A DNA stretch of 64,000 nucleotides from Convolutriloba macropyga. Its lineage: Eukaryota. Positions within the stretch are counted from its first letter, which is position 1. The number at the start of each line of letters is the position of its first letter. Positions 1 to 12,556 of the stretch are shown in pieces. The notes under the pieces are model-generated. The model worked only from the letters and a program-made list of their open reading frames with translations. It was not told the DNA's origin and ran no database searches. Made by a program: the position numbers and the translations under genes. The DNA lies in contig NC_134469.1 in assembly GCF_964194025.1 (NCBI RefSeq), positions 17,670,001 through 17,734,000 of the forward strand, given 5' to 3'.

Positions 1-148
1 TTTGCCACAGCCCACTCTGACCTCTGAACATATATAGATATAGCGTGTTTTCCCAATGCAAAACAAAAATATAGAAATCAATATAGTACTTCTGTGACAA
101 AAGGAATGTGCGTTATATTCCAACATCACTAAATTGACAGGGGGAGAT

Positions 149-149
<1 letters not shown>

Positions 150-219
<70 letters not shown>

Positions 220-234
220 GGGGGGGGGGGGGGG
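150..234. repeat. (GT)n microsatellite followed by poly-G
   Basis: Directly visible; it explains the spurious VCVC start of ORF 134..520. Confidence 0.95.
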
Positions 235-334
235 TAATGTGAACCAACATGTCTGGTGGAAAGATCTCCGCCATGGATCTGATGAAAACAGTTGCAGGCT
301 GCAGACGAAGCAGAGTAGTTTTTTCTTAGTAACG

Positions 335-3300
335 ATGAGGCTTTTGAAGTTGTGGTACAGCTTCTTTTATTGTTTCTGGATGGGTATTTATGGAGTGGCT
401 GCCTTTGTGCCTTATGTGGACTTTGAGGCTATCGAGCAACTCACTCAATCAGATCTGAGCCTCCTGTTCCCTGTTGACGAAATCACAGGTAAAACACTTT
501 TATTACAACTATTTACTTAAGGGGTCCTTCACACTATAACCCTTGCCCCCCACAAAATTAAAGCTTGGGGGGGGGGGGGGGACAAACAGAAAACATCCAG
601 AGATCTTCGTTGACGCTTTTTGCTTAAGGTAGAAAAGACAGCATAATAGTGGATACAGTGTTCAAAAGTCAGGCACTGGCAGGCACAACATGCGGAGACC
701 ACATTGAGATCATATTCCAGTGTATCTTCCATGTCCATCAGAACCAACAGGAGGAAGAAGCTCACAAGAAGCGTTCCTTCCAAATAATCGATGCATGGGG
801 CAAAACAGAGTCTGGCATAACCCAGGGTAACCTTAACTGGCTAGGGCGACCTTCACTCTGCAAGCTTACGTTCCAAGTAGATGACGGATCAGTTTCGTAC
901 ACTTTTGACTTTTTGGCCAGTATCGTACAGTTTAAGCTGGCAGGTGATCATGTGAAAATCCGGCTCTTCTCTTCAAGTTGAAAGTGAATCTAAATATATA
1001 TATATCTACCTGCAGTAGCCTAAATTACGGATCCTAATGTTTAGCAAACGATTAGAGCAAGTTCTTACGAACACTCGCCAGTGAAAACTTGGAAATAAAA
1101 TGAGCTTTGGTAAAAGTAACAAAAAATATTTACAGTCAAGGTCTGAGATAGATCGAGAGTGGTAATTTTGAAATTCATTGTCCTGTGATTATTTCTGTTT
1201 TTGAAGAAAATAATTAGAGAGCAATTTTTGAAATGTGATTGTTTTGGAGTCGGGGGCTTTACGATAATAAGAAATTGTTTCGTTATTTTTCAAGAAATTT
1301 TTGGTCTTTCCCATTATAGCCCCCCATGAAACTATAGCCCCCCATTATGGTATAATTACCATGATGGGGGGCTATAGAATATCTGACGACTAAGCTGGGG
1401 GGGGGGGGGGGCTATAATGGGAAAGACGCGAAATTTTGTTTTTGGAATTCGAAGGTATCATGATCAAACAAGTGCATTCAATGCATCGTGGGAGAATGTT
1501 CTTGATACAAATAAAATTTAAAAAACTTCAAAAACAGTTGGGCACCAGATTAGAAGCTATTCTGCCCCCCCCCCTCCCCCCGACCCCTCACTCACAAATT
1601 ATGAGTATTTATGTAGCTCTTTACTATGTAAAAATGTAGCAGGTGCGCCTTTGTTTGGAGGCGTAAAAGTAGTATGATGGCAAAGCTGAAGGTCACACCA
1701 GATCATGAAAAATCTGACAACCTGCGCTGAAATCCTAAAAGAGAGCTAATGAAAGAAAGAAGCTGTTTTCCTGTTTTCCCACAGATAAAGATGGTTTTGT
1801 CATTCTTACATAGGACACGACAAATGTTTGATATCACCAGCGTATGACTAAAAATTATGCCCATATAAGCTCTATATTCTGATATTTCCGTGCTCATTCC
1901 AGTTCCATAAACACATTTTTCTATTCTCAATATCACATTTGAAGCTATTCCGATTTCCCCTTCCCCAATGTTTTTACAACCCCCACTTACAAATTATGAG
2001 CAGTCATGTAGGTCGTCACGACTTTAAAACTGGTAATAAATTTTTCCATCAGCGAAATTGCTAAAAAGTTAATGAAAAGTTAGAATTCAAAACCGTTAAA
2101 GTTTAAGTATCTTACATTGAGAGCGTTAAATGTGTTTAAGCCAAATAATATCAACGCTAAGTTTTCCTAACTAAAGTTTTCAGCGCCAAATCTTTCATAA
2201 ATTTAACGCCTTTGCTGCAAAGTTTGCAAGAAAACTTCTCAAAAAATTTCTCTTCCTAGGTTTCAATTTCTCAAACTCTGACATGCTGCTGATTTGTATA
2301 CAACTGTGCGCAAACGAGTTGAAATTGACAAAAAGATGCTTCACTCCCATTAAAATTAAAGAAGTCGCCTGATTGATTGACGGCTTGAGCGTTATTATGA
2401 TAAGAAATTTAGGTTTAGAAAACCACCATCTAATTTTCGAAAAAAAACTGTGAAAGCAAATTTTGTTTAAAACCCATTTTGTTTAAAACAAAAGAATAAA
2501 TTCATTCAATTATTTGATTTATTCAATCAAATAGAGATAATCTAACGCATCCTTTTATTACTTAGCGGCGTTGCTAATTATCATTTTTAATGAGATACGC
2601 ATCAATTCAACGTTTTTTCTGAAATACTGTTTTTGCTCAGTTACAAAGACTGACTGTACATGACCCCAAAATTTTTTTGAGATATTAGGTGTGGTCAGTA
2701 ACTTAGATTCAGTATGTTCGGTTTTATACGCAAGAAATTGTACGTTTTTTATTACAAAATTGAGTTTTTTTATATATAATGTAGTCAAACGTTATGTTGA
2801 ATTTATAATCACAGGAGTTCCAAACGTACCTCTGGAACATAATTTTTGAAAAAAACAAAATTTGGTCGGCTTCCTTCTTTAGCTCATTTATAAAGCTAGA
2901 TGCACAAATTTCGATATTGTTTGTTCTGAAGTTGAAATTTTAAAAGAAGCGTTAAACATTAACGGGGATTCATTTCGTTGAACCACACTCACTGAGTCTT
3001 GAAATGGTCATGAAAAATCAAGTACGCAAGTACTTTTCTCATGATTTCCTATGTTTTGAACCCGAGCATATCAATGGTTTATTCCGTTAAAAACCAAACA
3101 TTCCGAACTGCCGAAAATGAATTTAGCAAATTTAAGAAACCTAACATAACGACAATTTTACGTTTAAAGTGAATATACGGAATCTAAGAGACTAAACATA
3201 CCGACAACTTCTTTCGTTTAAAACCGAACATACCGACGGTAGCAAAAAATAAAACATAAAAATTTTTGTCGTTTATGTATAACCAAAACCGAACATGTTG

Positions 3301-6300
3301 AAAATTTTCTCAAGTTTACAAACGACTGTTTCTGATAGGATCAGTATAGATTGCTACTGAATTGAGCAACAACATTAATAATAGAAAATAGGAAAAGAGC
3401 CTTTGTTAAGGGGCGAACTACACCAACCCCCTCAAGACCAAAATCAACATAGTCCTGTGTCTCCCAGCTGACTGTCAAGCAGGACATCTCATGAAGTTGT
3501 TCAATGTGTCCAGATCCAATTTTCAGGGAACTGTTTCTACAATTTTTTCACTCTTCTTCTAATGAACGGCTTTAGGAGAACATACCTTTTTTTCTTCAAA
3601 AATTATGGACCGCTACCATGTATGAATTGGCACGACTAAAAAACTCGATTAAATATACTCGTATTATTAAGCGAAATCCGGTTTACAATCTTAACGAGTG
3701 TTTCCAATTGGGTTTATGCTTTCAATTTTTGCTTTTTTCAACAATTCATACCATACAAGGCAATATTTTCTTATATTACCATATAAGAAAATTTCTGTTA
3801 TGTTTTACTATAAGGAAAATCGGATCAAACTAATTAATACAATTAAGAAGTAGTTAAACGCCATTTTGGTAAGCAAAACCAAATAGACTAAATTTCGCCA
3901 ATTCAACTATGGCACTTGTAAGGGAAATTCTTGATAGTCTTAAATTTAGACTTCTACATTTATATATTTAGCGCAGACCAATATCTATCTGCCAAGTAAA
4001 TTCTTCTTCTCGATGGTGCGGGCTTTGAATTTTTTTAATCTGATATACTGCAATTAAATAGTTGCGAATGTAAAGTTTTTACTCCGCTGACTAAAATTGT
4101 GAAGTTACCATTTCCTAAATTTGTGAGTTTCAACACAGAAAACTGTAACAAATTCGCATTTTTTGTAACTTTTGATTTACTTTGATGAGAGAAACATTTT
4201 CCCTGTTTTCCCCATGAACAGCTGGAGCCACTGCGTGTGTACTTTGAGGACAATGGGGATTACAATGTGGCCTTCATTCTAGCTGTCATTGTATTGGGTG
4301 TATTTCTCATACTCGTCATTGCAGGTGACATAATCAATTATTATCCTCACGTTATTCATTCTTCATCAACAAACGTAATCTGAGGAGCCAAAATGTCAAT
4401 TCAAGCAATAAATATATTAATTGGATTGGACAGCAGCTTTTCCGAATTTTACAGAATACATGGAAAACTGTTGATCATTTTCTAGAATTTGGATTACTAT
4501 GCGGGTATAATCAGATTAAAGTAGACTTTTTAATATTGGCTCAACTGTTTAGAACTGTCAAAAATCAGAATTGATGACAGAAGTTCTCGGTTTTCTAAAG
4601 GAAATAGAATTGAAGTTAAGTTTTAATCTAATTAGGTAATAATCTATTTTTTGATTTCTGGTTTTGAAAAAATATGTGTAAAGTACGTGTAACTAGTTGC
4701 TTGCAAGATTCTTGCAAGTTTCTATATTCATTTGCAAGAATCTTGTAAGCTTTTTCATTCATATGCTCGGGAAAGGGGGCCGCCAGAGAGGTGAAGTGGA
4801 TTTTTGCAGTAAAAAATTGAAAGATTGTTTTGAATCAGCTTGCAAGATTCTTGAAAGCCTTAAATTCACTCATCACTAGGGGTGGCACGAACGGGAAAAT
4901 GCCAGATTTCATCGANNNNNNNNNNNNNNNNNNNNNNNNNNNNNNNNNNNNNNNNNNNNNNNNNNNNNNNNNNNNNNNNNNNNNNNNNNNNNNNNNNNNN
5001 NNNNNNNNNNNNNNNNNNNNNNNNNNNNNNNNNNNNNNNNNNNNNNNNNNNNNNNNNNNNNNNNNNNNNNNNNNNNNNNNNNNNNNNNNNNNNNNNNNNN
5101 NNNNNNNNNNNNNNNCCCGCTCATCCACATTCTTGACTTAATTGGCTACCAAATAATGAAAGCGATATATATTTTTTCAAAAAACATACACATCGTTCAA
5201 TAAACAACCAATGAAATACGATAACGCCATGCTAGAGGGCCAATGAAAATAGTTGATGAAAATAAGCTGAGGATTACTAGAAAGGACAAAAATGAAAATC
5301 AAACAACAAAGATTATTTACGACCAAAACTATAATAAAGTCTATATAAAGTCTATAATAAAATATATTAATCAAATCTATAATAAAAAAATCATAACAAA
5401 ATCAAACTCGCATCAGATAAAAACCAAAACATTTAAACCTATATTTCATTAGAAAAAACATGGACGTGTTTTCAATGCGATTGGTTAACAGGTAGACAAA
5501 AAGGAGGAAATAAGTGCGAAGTTCAAAAATACTTTTCCATTTTTGAAATCAATTAATTGCACAATTATTATTGTCATTACATATCAACTGAAAACACTAA
5601 AATGTTCAGTTATATCCACATAGGAAGCAATTGAGACAAGTCACTATCCAATGTTCGATGGCGCAAATTTTCAATGCCAATGGACCAACGATTATTGTTA
5701 TAATTTAAAAAGAAACCAAAAATTTTATGAAATATAGAAAAATATAAAAATATAACATTTTACCAAATCTCGTGGTAGCAAAAGTAACAAGCCAAGAAAC
5801 GAACAATTTCTTTCAACAAAAGCCGTTATAACGATTAACATATAGCTCACGGGAGACGCACTGTTACCTGTTTACACTGAGCTACAAATCAACCGAAAAA
5901 CTCTATAAAAAAGACGAAGCTCAAAAACCCAAACTTATTTTTGAAAACAGATATATTCAAAAGTCAGAATAGACTAAAAACATACAACAAAAAGTGATGG
6001 ATTAAGTTTCAACAACTCATGAAGCCAATTGGACCTGTAAATAATGAGACTAAGTAACGAGCCCACAAACAAACGAATTCGTAAAGAAGCCAAAACTTCG
6101 AACAATTTTGCAACATGACACTGCTCAATGCACTATTATATGATGTAACCTGCAAGAACTAAAAATCACTATTTTCTTTTCATCTTAACATCAACGAATC
6201 CTCCTTATAAAAGGACTACTTCGACGTGACAACAAAAAGAAAACCGAAAATTGTACATAATCTCGAAATTTTTAATTAAAATAAAAGGTCGAAGCAATCA

Positions 6301-9300
6301 GTTACAACGCATAACCCAGCGCCAATTTTTATTTCGAATCAACAAAAGTATTTGATAACTCTAATAAGTGAGATAGAGTAACATGGTGACGAAAATAAAA
6401 GAGAAAAGGAGACAAATGAAAAAAAAATCTTTTTTTTTTTAAATTTTAATTCGAAAGTCGTTAGAACAAACAGCTTTAAGTTGAAATCTTCAACTCGGTT
6501 GCGTTATACGTCTTTGGGAAGCAATTAAGGTCTATCGGTATTGGGTAAATGGCGTACAACAACGAAAAGAAAGACAAACTTAGGCAAAATCAAAAACCCA
6601 CAAAATTTTGCGAGATAACCGTGTCTCAGCCCAAAAAGCAAAACTATTCAACAAAAACTATTAACACGCTAGATACGCCTTTTTCCAACGTTATGCATTT
6701 TTCCTACAATCCCTTCTTTTATTTGGACTTGTCAGAAGTGTGATAGTTCGACAAGAAAACAAAATAAACATAAAATTTGCAATTTTGCTAAAAAAAAAGA
6801 AAAATTGAGAACACATAGTACCAAAATAATGAAACATTTAGTTGAATTTAAAACCCTTGCCGACATTTATTTATTCATCAAAGGAAGCCGGTTTCCAATT
6901 ATATTTACTGAGAATGCGCCCAAAGTTGAGAGAAAAAAGAAAAATAATGGCAAAGTTCAGAAATTCACCGACCTTTTTTCAAAAAATATATATTCAAAGT
7001 CTTAACAGACATTAGATAACAACTGAAAAAAATGTCTAGGTTCTTTTATACCTTCTTGAAAAGAAATGGAATTTTAATTGGGGACACTAAGTCATTGAAC
7101 TACAAAAATCATAAGAAATGAAAACAAAACGCAAGAAGTCTATAAAGTCTTTACGAAAACAATTCGTCAGAGCCATGAAAACCGTGAGCTTAATTCTGAA
7201 AACATAATATAATGTAGCTCGTTCTTATTTCTTGTAATTAATATCTGTCAATAATTAAGCCCTGATTTGAATATCTTGTCCGTAATTTACATAATAAACG
7301 TTTACATAGCGGAAAATGTTTGAAAAAAAAGTTCGCGCCCCATTAAAATCTAAAAAAAATTTCATCAAAAGGATTCATGGTGAGATCAAGATCAGCCCAG
7401 ATATTGCTGAGCGTCTGAAAAAACACTCAACTATTGAAATTGGTGCAAAATAGATCAATTCTATACAAAACTGTAAGTTTGTCAAAAATAAATAATGCAT
7501 TTTGTATATTTATCGACAACAAATTTGCCAAAAAATTGAACAAATTATAATTTCAGAAGACTCTTATAGCCAGCTGAAGTACAACTAGCTCTTTTTGAGA
7601 TTAAAACGATTATGGTTGCAAATTAAAGGTGTCTACTTCCAGCAAAATTAAAGCAAGTTGGCTAAAAAAAAGCCCTTTTTCGACGAAAAATTTCAGAATT
7701 TTGAAAAAAATTAGCGTAAATTTTAACCGAAGAACTCATATCCTGCAGTTCAGCAACCCTCCTCTATCTTTAAATATAATTTAAATAACATTACAATTAA
7801 CAATTTTAAAATATTTTGGCATTAATTATGAAAATTTGGTCAAAATTGACGAAATTTTGGTCAAAAATGTGAAAAAAGTAGCTGAATTACGTCTAATATT
7901 CACAAAATTTTAAACCTCGGTCCTATAAAAAACAAAAATTGAAAAAATCTTTTTAGTTCCATATTCTACACTGGACGGGCTTTCTAATGATACCACTCAC
8001 AGCTCTCTACGATTATTATATCGATCGGCCAAAATTGACTGAACAAAAAAAAACCGTTTGAGTTTATAGTTCCTCCCCCCCTCAGAGAGGGGTCGGAACA
8101 ATTAATATTGTTGTATCCCAGCAAGATAAAGACTGAATGTTAAGCATTCCGAAAAAATTTCTAAAATTCTTCCACCGGGAAAAGAAACTAGCTTGAGCTG
8201 AATAAGAGGTCAATAGTTCTCGAAAAACCTATAGTTATTATTATTGCCCCTGATAATAATTTTTTAGGGTGGACTTGGTTCTCAGCAGTGGACTTCCAGC
8301 TTTTCCTTCTGATGGCTGGACTTGTTTATCTCGCATTCAAGCGACCAGTCATCGGAATTGCAGTCGTCTGTGCCCTAGTCGGAGTCTGCATCATAATTAC
8401 AATGATCTTGAGCTCAGTGTATGACCTCCCCCCTGGAGCAACCGCTGGGTTTTTCCATAACGAGTTGTACAGAAAGTATAAAAACACGTGGCAATATTTC
8501 AAAATAATCTACAATAAACCCTACACTCGATTTGCAAGCTATGGTTGCGGGGTCGTTTTGGGTATTGTCATATTCTCCTATCCACAAGCCCAGAGAAATT
8601 TACCCCGAATCGCTGCAATTTGTTTATGGTTTACCGCAATTGGGTTGCAAATGCTTTGTTTATTTTGTGATTACGGTCTGTTTAGTAAGAAGTTTCCCTC
8701 GAAAGGAGGTGCTGCAATGTTTAATGGTTTGCTTCCCTTTATCTGGTCGATGACTATATTCTGGATTATTTGGGCTTGTTGTCAAGGTTACGGGGGTCCA
8801 GCTAATACTTTCCTGTCAATTTATTTCTGGAAGCCACTCGGAAGACAGGAGAGATGTTTCCTGTGATAATAAAATTTTCATTTCATAGTTCGTCTTTTTT
8901 CCAGGAAAGCTTAATCTTTCCAAACTTAAAAAAAGACACTCAACAGAGCAAAATAGTCTTGGGAAAAAATCAATCTTTGTATAAACGTGAATACAGAATC
9001 TCAACCGAGCACTGAATAAATAATAATTTATAATAATTTTGGTTCCGGCGTAATCGCCGCGGAATAGCATTAGGCTACTGCGGCCTGTTCTCACCTATCC
9101 TTTTTCTTATTATCCCCCACATTTTAGACTGTTCATTTTATGGGCAGCATTGCTTTTTTTGGTGACTATGGCACTTTTTTTGCGTCTGAGACTTTCACGT
9201 GGTACCATTATTGCAGCCAACATTGGTCAGGCTATGGTCAACCTGAAGCTATGGTTAAGTAAGAGATCATCCTGACACAGAAAGCTTCACGGAGGCAGGG

Positions 9301-12300
9301 GATTGAACCCTTAATCATTGGCGTGTGACTCACACACCTTACCGGCTTAATAGGGTTGACAATATCAGCATACCATGTGATCAGGAAACACTTCTCTGTA
9401 TTGGGGTGATAGGTATTTATGATCTACCTTATCAACTGTCTCGTGATCCAGTTCTACTACACCACCAACGAGGGCGACTTCCACCTCACAAACTGGTCTC
9501 TCTTCGTCTTCTTCATCGGAAACTTAGGCATCTTTTCATTCTTCAACTACACATTTTTACATTTTTTCCCATTCGGATTCCGTTCTGCAATAAAACAATT
9601 ATACCATTATAGTCGGTACGCTTTTGGTAAATAATCTTTACGCTGTTGCAATCATTTTGAAAAATGAATGTCCAGAAGATATTTTTCATATATTTGTCTC
9701 ACACAAATTTTTTGGCTAAAACTCATTGTATGCAGACATCGTATGCAGACATACGATTTAGATACGATCTTTCTCATATCAGCCTCATATAATTGTTGGC
9801 TTAAATTCATCGTATGCAGACATACAATTCATCATAATGAATTTTTGAAGTTGCCAGAGTAAATTTTTCTGATTTTTTTTTGTACGGAGGCAGTAATAAA
9901 AACATTATTGGCTCTTTCAGGGTTTCAATTCGTTAAGTTTCTGTAAATAAGATATGGCACCAGATTTTTCCAATAACAAAAGTTTTTCGAATCAAAAAGT
10001 GTAAAATATTGATTTGGCCTGTCATATAGACTCTCAATATATGCATTGGCGCTTTGGAGCTGCTTGTTTCAAAAGCTAAAGCTGAAGAATATCGTTACCT
10101 CAGTAAAAACATACAACCAAGAGTATTGTACAGGAAACACAAAAATGTATCTTCATAGCAAAACAACTTTCGAAGAAATTCTGTGGCTCACTTCAAGCCT
10201 TTTAGCTATTATGTGGCTTGAAGCTCCTATTAGCAGCTAAATTAATTTGCACTAGCTCAAAAGTAGTAGAAAGCATATGACATTTCAGTTGATTAAATTT
10301 AGTAATCAATGAAAGAGTCCATCATTTGACTCCTAATACGGGGACCTGACAGATTTTTTGTACAAAAATTTGAATAAATCCAAATATATAAAGTTATATA
10401 AGTGAATACAAACATTTCTTTCATAAAAAGAGTTACTATTACTCTAGTTTTTCTCTAAAAAAGATTTTCTGTTTTCGTTCCCTTTTTGCTGTTCAGTAAC
10501 ACTTCTACTCAAAAACGGAAGTATCAGAAGTTCATAATTGATTTGATCGAATATTAAGGCATTGTCCTAATCTTTATCTGAAGGTCTGCGACATGGTTAA
10601 CTCTGAACACTTGGCAACTCGTACTTAACTTTTAGGTTAATTCAAAGTTGGATCAGAGTGTTTTTCAGAAACAATTATTTTTACTAATTCAGACTCTGTT
10701 GATGTCACATTTTGCTCTGATAGTCTCTGATTCAGACTCTAAATCAAATTTTGATTTTTTTTCTGATTCAGAAGCTGAATCATACTCAGTTTTCAGTCTG
10801 AATTAGTTTAATTTCATGAGTAATTTCGCGGGCCAAGCTAGTTTTTTATCGTTGTTTTCGCTTTTACGTCCTTAGCTAATACAAATTCGTAAATACCTGA
10901 AGAAATTAAGAAAGTTATTTATAGTCGGAAATTTTCTCAAGTTAAAAACTGACTTTGAGATTTTCCAGTTTGCCCTGGATGGTTTTAACCACCTCTTTTC
11001 TTTTTTCCCGGACTTGGGACCGTTAGCGTGTACATACATAAATAAACTATAAGAAAGCTGATATTGCATGGTAAAAACCCGTCTGTAGAGTTTTTCAAAA
11101 CAAAACAAGACATAACAAGGAAAAACGAAATTAAAATAGCCAAAAGGATGTCGGATTTTTTCTCAATTCGAGTAAAAAAAATCTGTCGAGATTTTCCAAT
11201 ATTTCTGGAAGGTTTTACATTTCTCTTTTCACTCCGGGCTTGGGACCGGCAGTGGTGGAATTTCATTTTGATTATGAACATTCTGCTCATTCTGCTGCAA
11301 ACAAGTAAGTTTACAAGCGCCAAAAATTAGTTTTAAAAATTTTCACATCGATTTCGACATCGCAGTTTGCTTTTATGGCACCCAGTGACCAAAATATATC
11401 ACATGTTAATTTGTGAAAAACAGTTTCAGTGCACAATGTTGGAGAAGATGAAAAACTGTGTAGATAACTTTTAACAAAATTTCCATGCTTTTTAGTATTC
11501 GATTCAAAATTGAGAACTTTTTTCGTATCATTTGGGTAAAAATTTGGGATATTTTGGCAATTAGGTGTTTTGATAGTGAGTGTTCTGAAACAGATTAAAA
11601 AAACAAACTTGAGCTCTTAAACATCAGAAAATACTATCGGACCGCTGAACATAAACGTTTGTCCCCTTCTATATGCAAACATGAGATTACCATTATTTGA
11701 TGGTCATCGGGGGTCATAGTGTCATCCTCATAACAGATACAATCAATATGTATTTGATGTCTGTTGCTGCCTCTTAGGCCATATACATTATTAATCAATG
11801 CAAAAACATGCATCAGGTAATAGTGAAGGATGCCAGCGTTTGGGTGTTTCTGCCCTATATGACAGCCCTGTCTCACCTGATAGCAATGTTCCTGACTTTT
11901 CTGTTCGACTTCCCGTTCGGGAGACTGGACGAGATGGTGACTAACTACTTGGATAAACAAGCCATTGAGGAGAAGGAGGCAGACAAGGAAAACGAGGGAG
12001 AGAACGAGGAGGGAGAGGAAGAGGAGGAACCTGAGAGAGGTTAGCTAATCATTCTTCAAACACAAATCTAAACAGCCAGCTACTTGTACTAAATATATTT
12101 TCATCATAAACTCGTAACCTCGATGTTTCTTAAATTAGTCTGCATATACCTCAAAGCTAGCCAAACAACACACAATTTTTTAGTTAAGGAAAAAAGTTTA
12201 ATATTTAACTCTTTTATCAAAAGTTTCTATCAACTTCGATAGCTCCTCGAAAAAAGACGAAGTTCAGAAAACTTCTCAAATTAATATTTCCCAGTTTCGA

Positions 12301-12556
12301 TTTGTCTTTTAAATGATGACTCAAAAGCACCTTTATCGTTGAAGATATCGACAAGTTAAGAAATCGCGTTATGATTCCTGCTATGCTGTTACCCCTCTCA
12401 ATTCACAAATAATTAAGGGTTTCGGTCATTAAATGTTTTGACCCTATAGGCACGAGACGAGGAACAGAAGGAACTGAGGGTACAAGGAGACGGAGGACGA
12501 ACGAAACAGCACCCGAGGGGCCTGAGAGGGAGTCCACTCCTACAGCTGAAGCATAA
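335..12556 (+). CDS. nrf-6: NRF-6-like (nose resistant to fluoxetine 6) O-acyltransferase, multi-exon gene; central exons not visible (gap)
   Basis: Inferred exons: 335-488, 629-943 (NRF motif IDAWGKTESGITQGNLNWLGRPSLC), 3411-3526 (VLCLPADC), 4222-4324 (EDNGDY plus TM helix), 8268-8848 (GWTWFSAVDFQ...YNKPYTR...WACCQGYGG...WKPLGR), 9413-9527, 11866-12039, 12450-12556. Phases are consistent and segments align co-linearly with the paralog at 50569-53047. AATAAA at ~12625. Confidence 0.8.
629..943 (+). CDS. NRF-6-like gene 1, exon 2 (NRF domain)
   Basis: DAWGK-x3-GI-x2-GN-x-NWLG-x4-C motif; acceptor tttttgcttaag, donor CAG|GTGATC. Confidence 0.8.
1304..1427. mobile_element. Small palindromic MITE-like element
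   Basis: Outer inverted repeat gtctttcccattatagccccccc / gggggggctataatgggaaagac, plus a nested near-palindrome ctatagccccccattatggta...taccatgatggggggctatag. Confidence 0.6.
8268..8848 (+). CDS. NRF-6-like gene 1, acyltransferase-3 domain exon
   Basis: ORF 8288..8866 extended to acceptor ttttttag; WTW..A.DFQ, Y.KP..R, GYGG and W.PL.R motifs are shared with the paralog. Confidence 0.9.
9285..9360 (-). mobile_element. Degenerate tRNA-derived SINE head (intronic)
   Basis: The - strand has a B-box GGGTTCAATCCCC at tRNA-like spacing from a degenerate A-box. Confidence 0.45.
9413..9527 (+). CDS. NRF-6-like gene 1, exon VFMIYLINCLVIQ...FIGNL
   Basis: Aligns without gaps to paralog TYMTYLVHILVIQ...FVANA. 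Confidence 0.8.
11866..12039 (+). CDS. NRF-6-like gene 1, last TM exon plus acidic tail
   Basis: LSHLIAMFLTFLFDFPFGRLD aligns to paralog LSYAFAFICVLLLESPVVGIE. Confidence 0.8.

Noticed and set aside
134-334. N-terminus of ORF 134..520 (VCVC/GGG)
   Set aside because: Translation of a microsatellite; the real start is likely ATG 335.
3506-3507. Canonical alternative donor AAT|GTGTCC for exon 3
   Set aside because: Poor context, shortens the linker relative to the paralog and lacks exonic AG. It cannot be fully excluded, so the GG donor is the least certain of the three.
4830-5141. ORFs spanning N runs (also near 19.7, 24.5 and 42.5-43.6 kb)
   Set aside because: Artefacts of assembly gaps.
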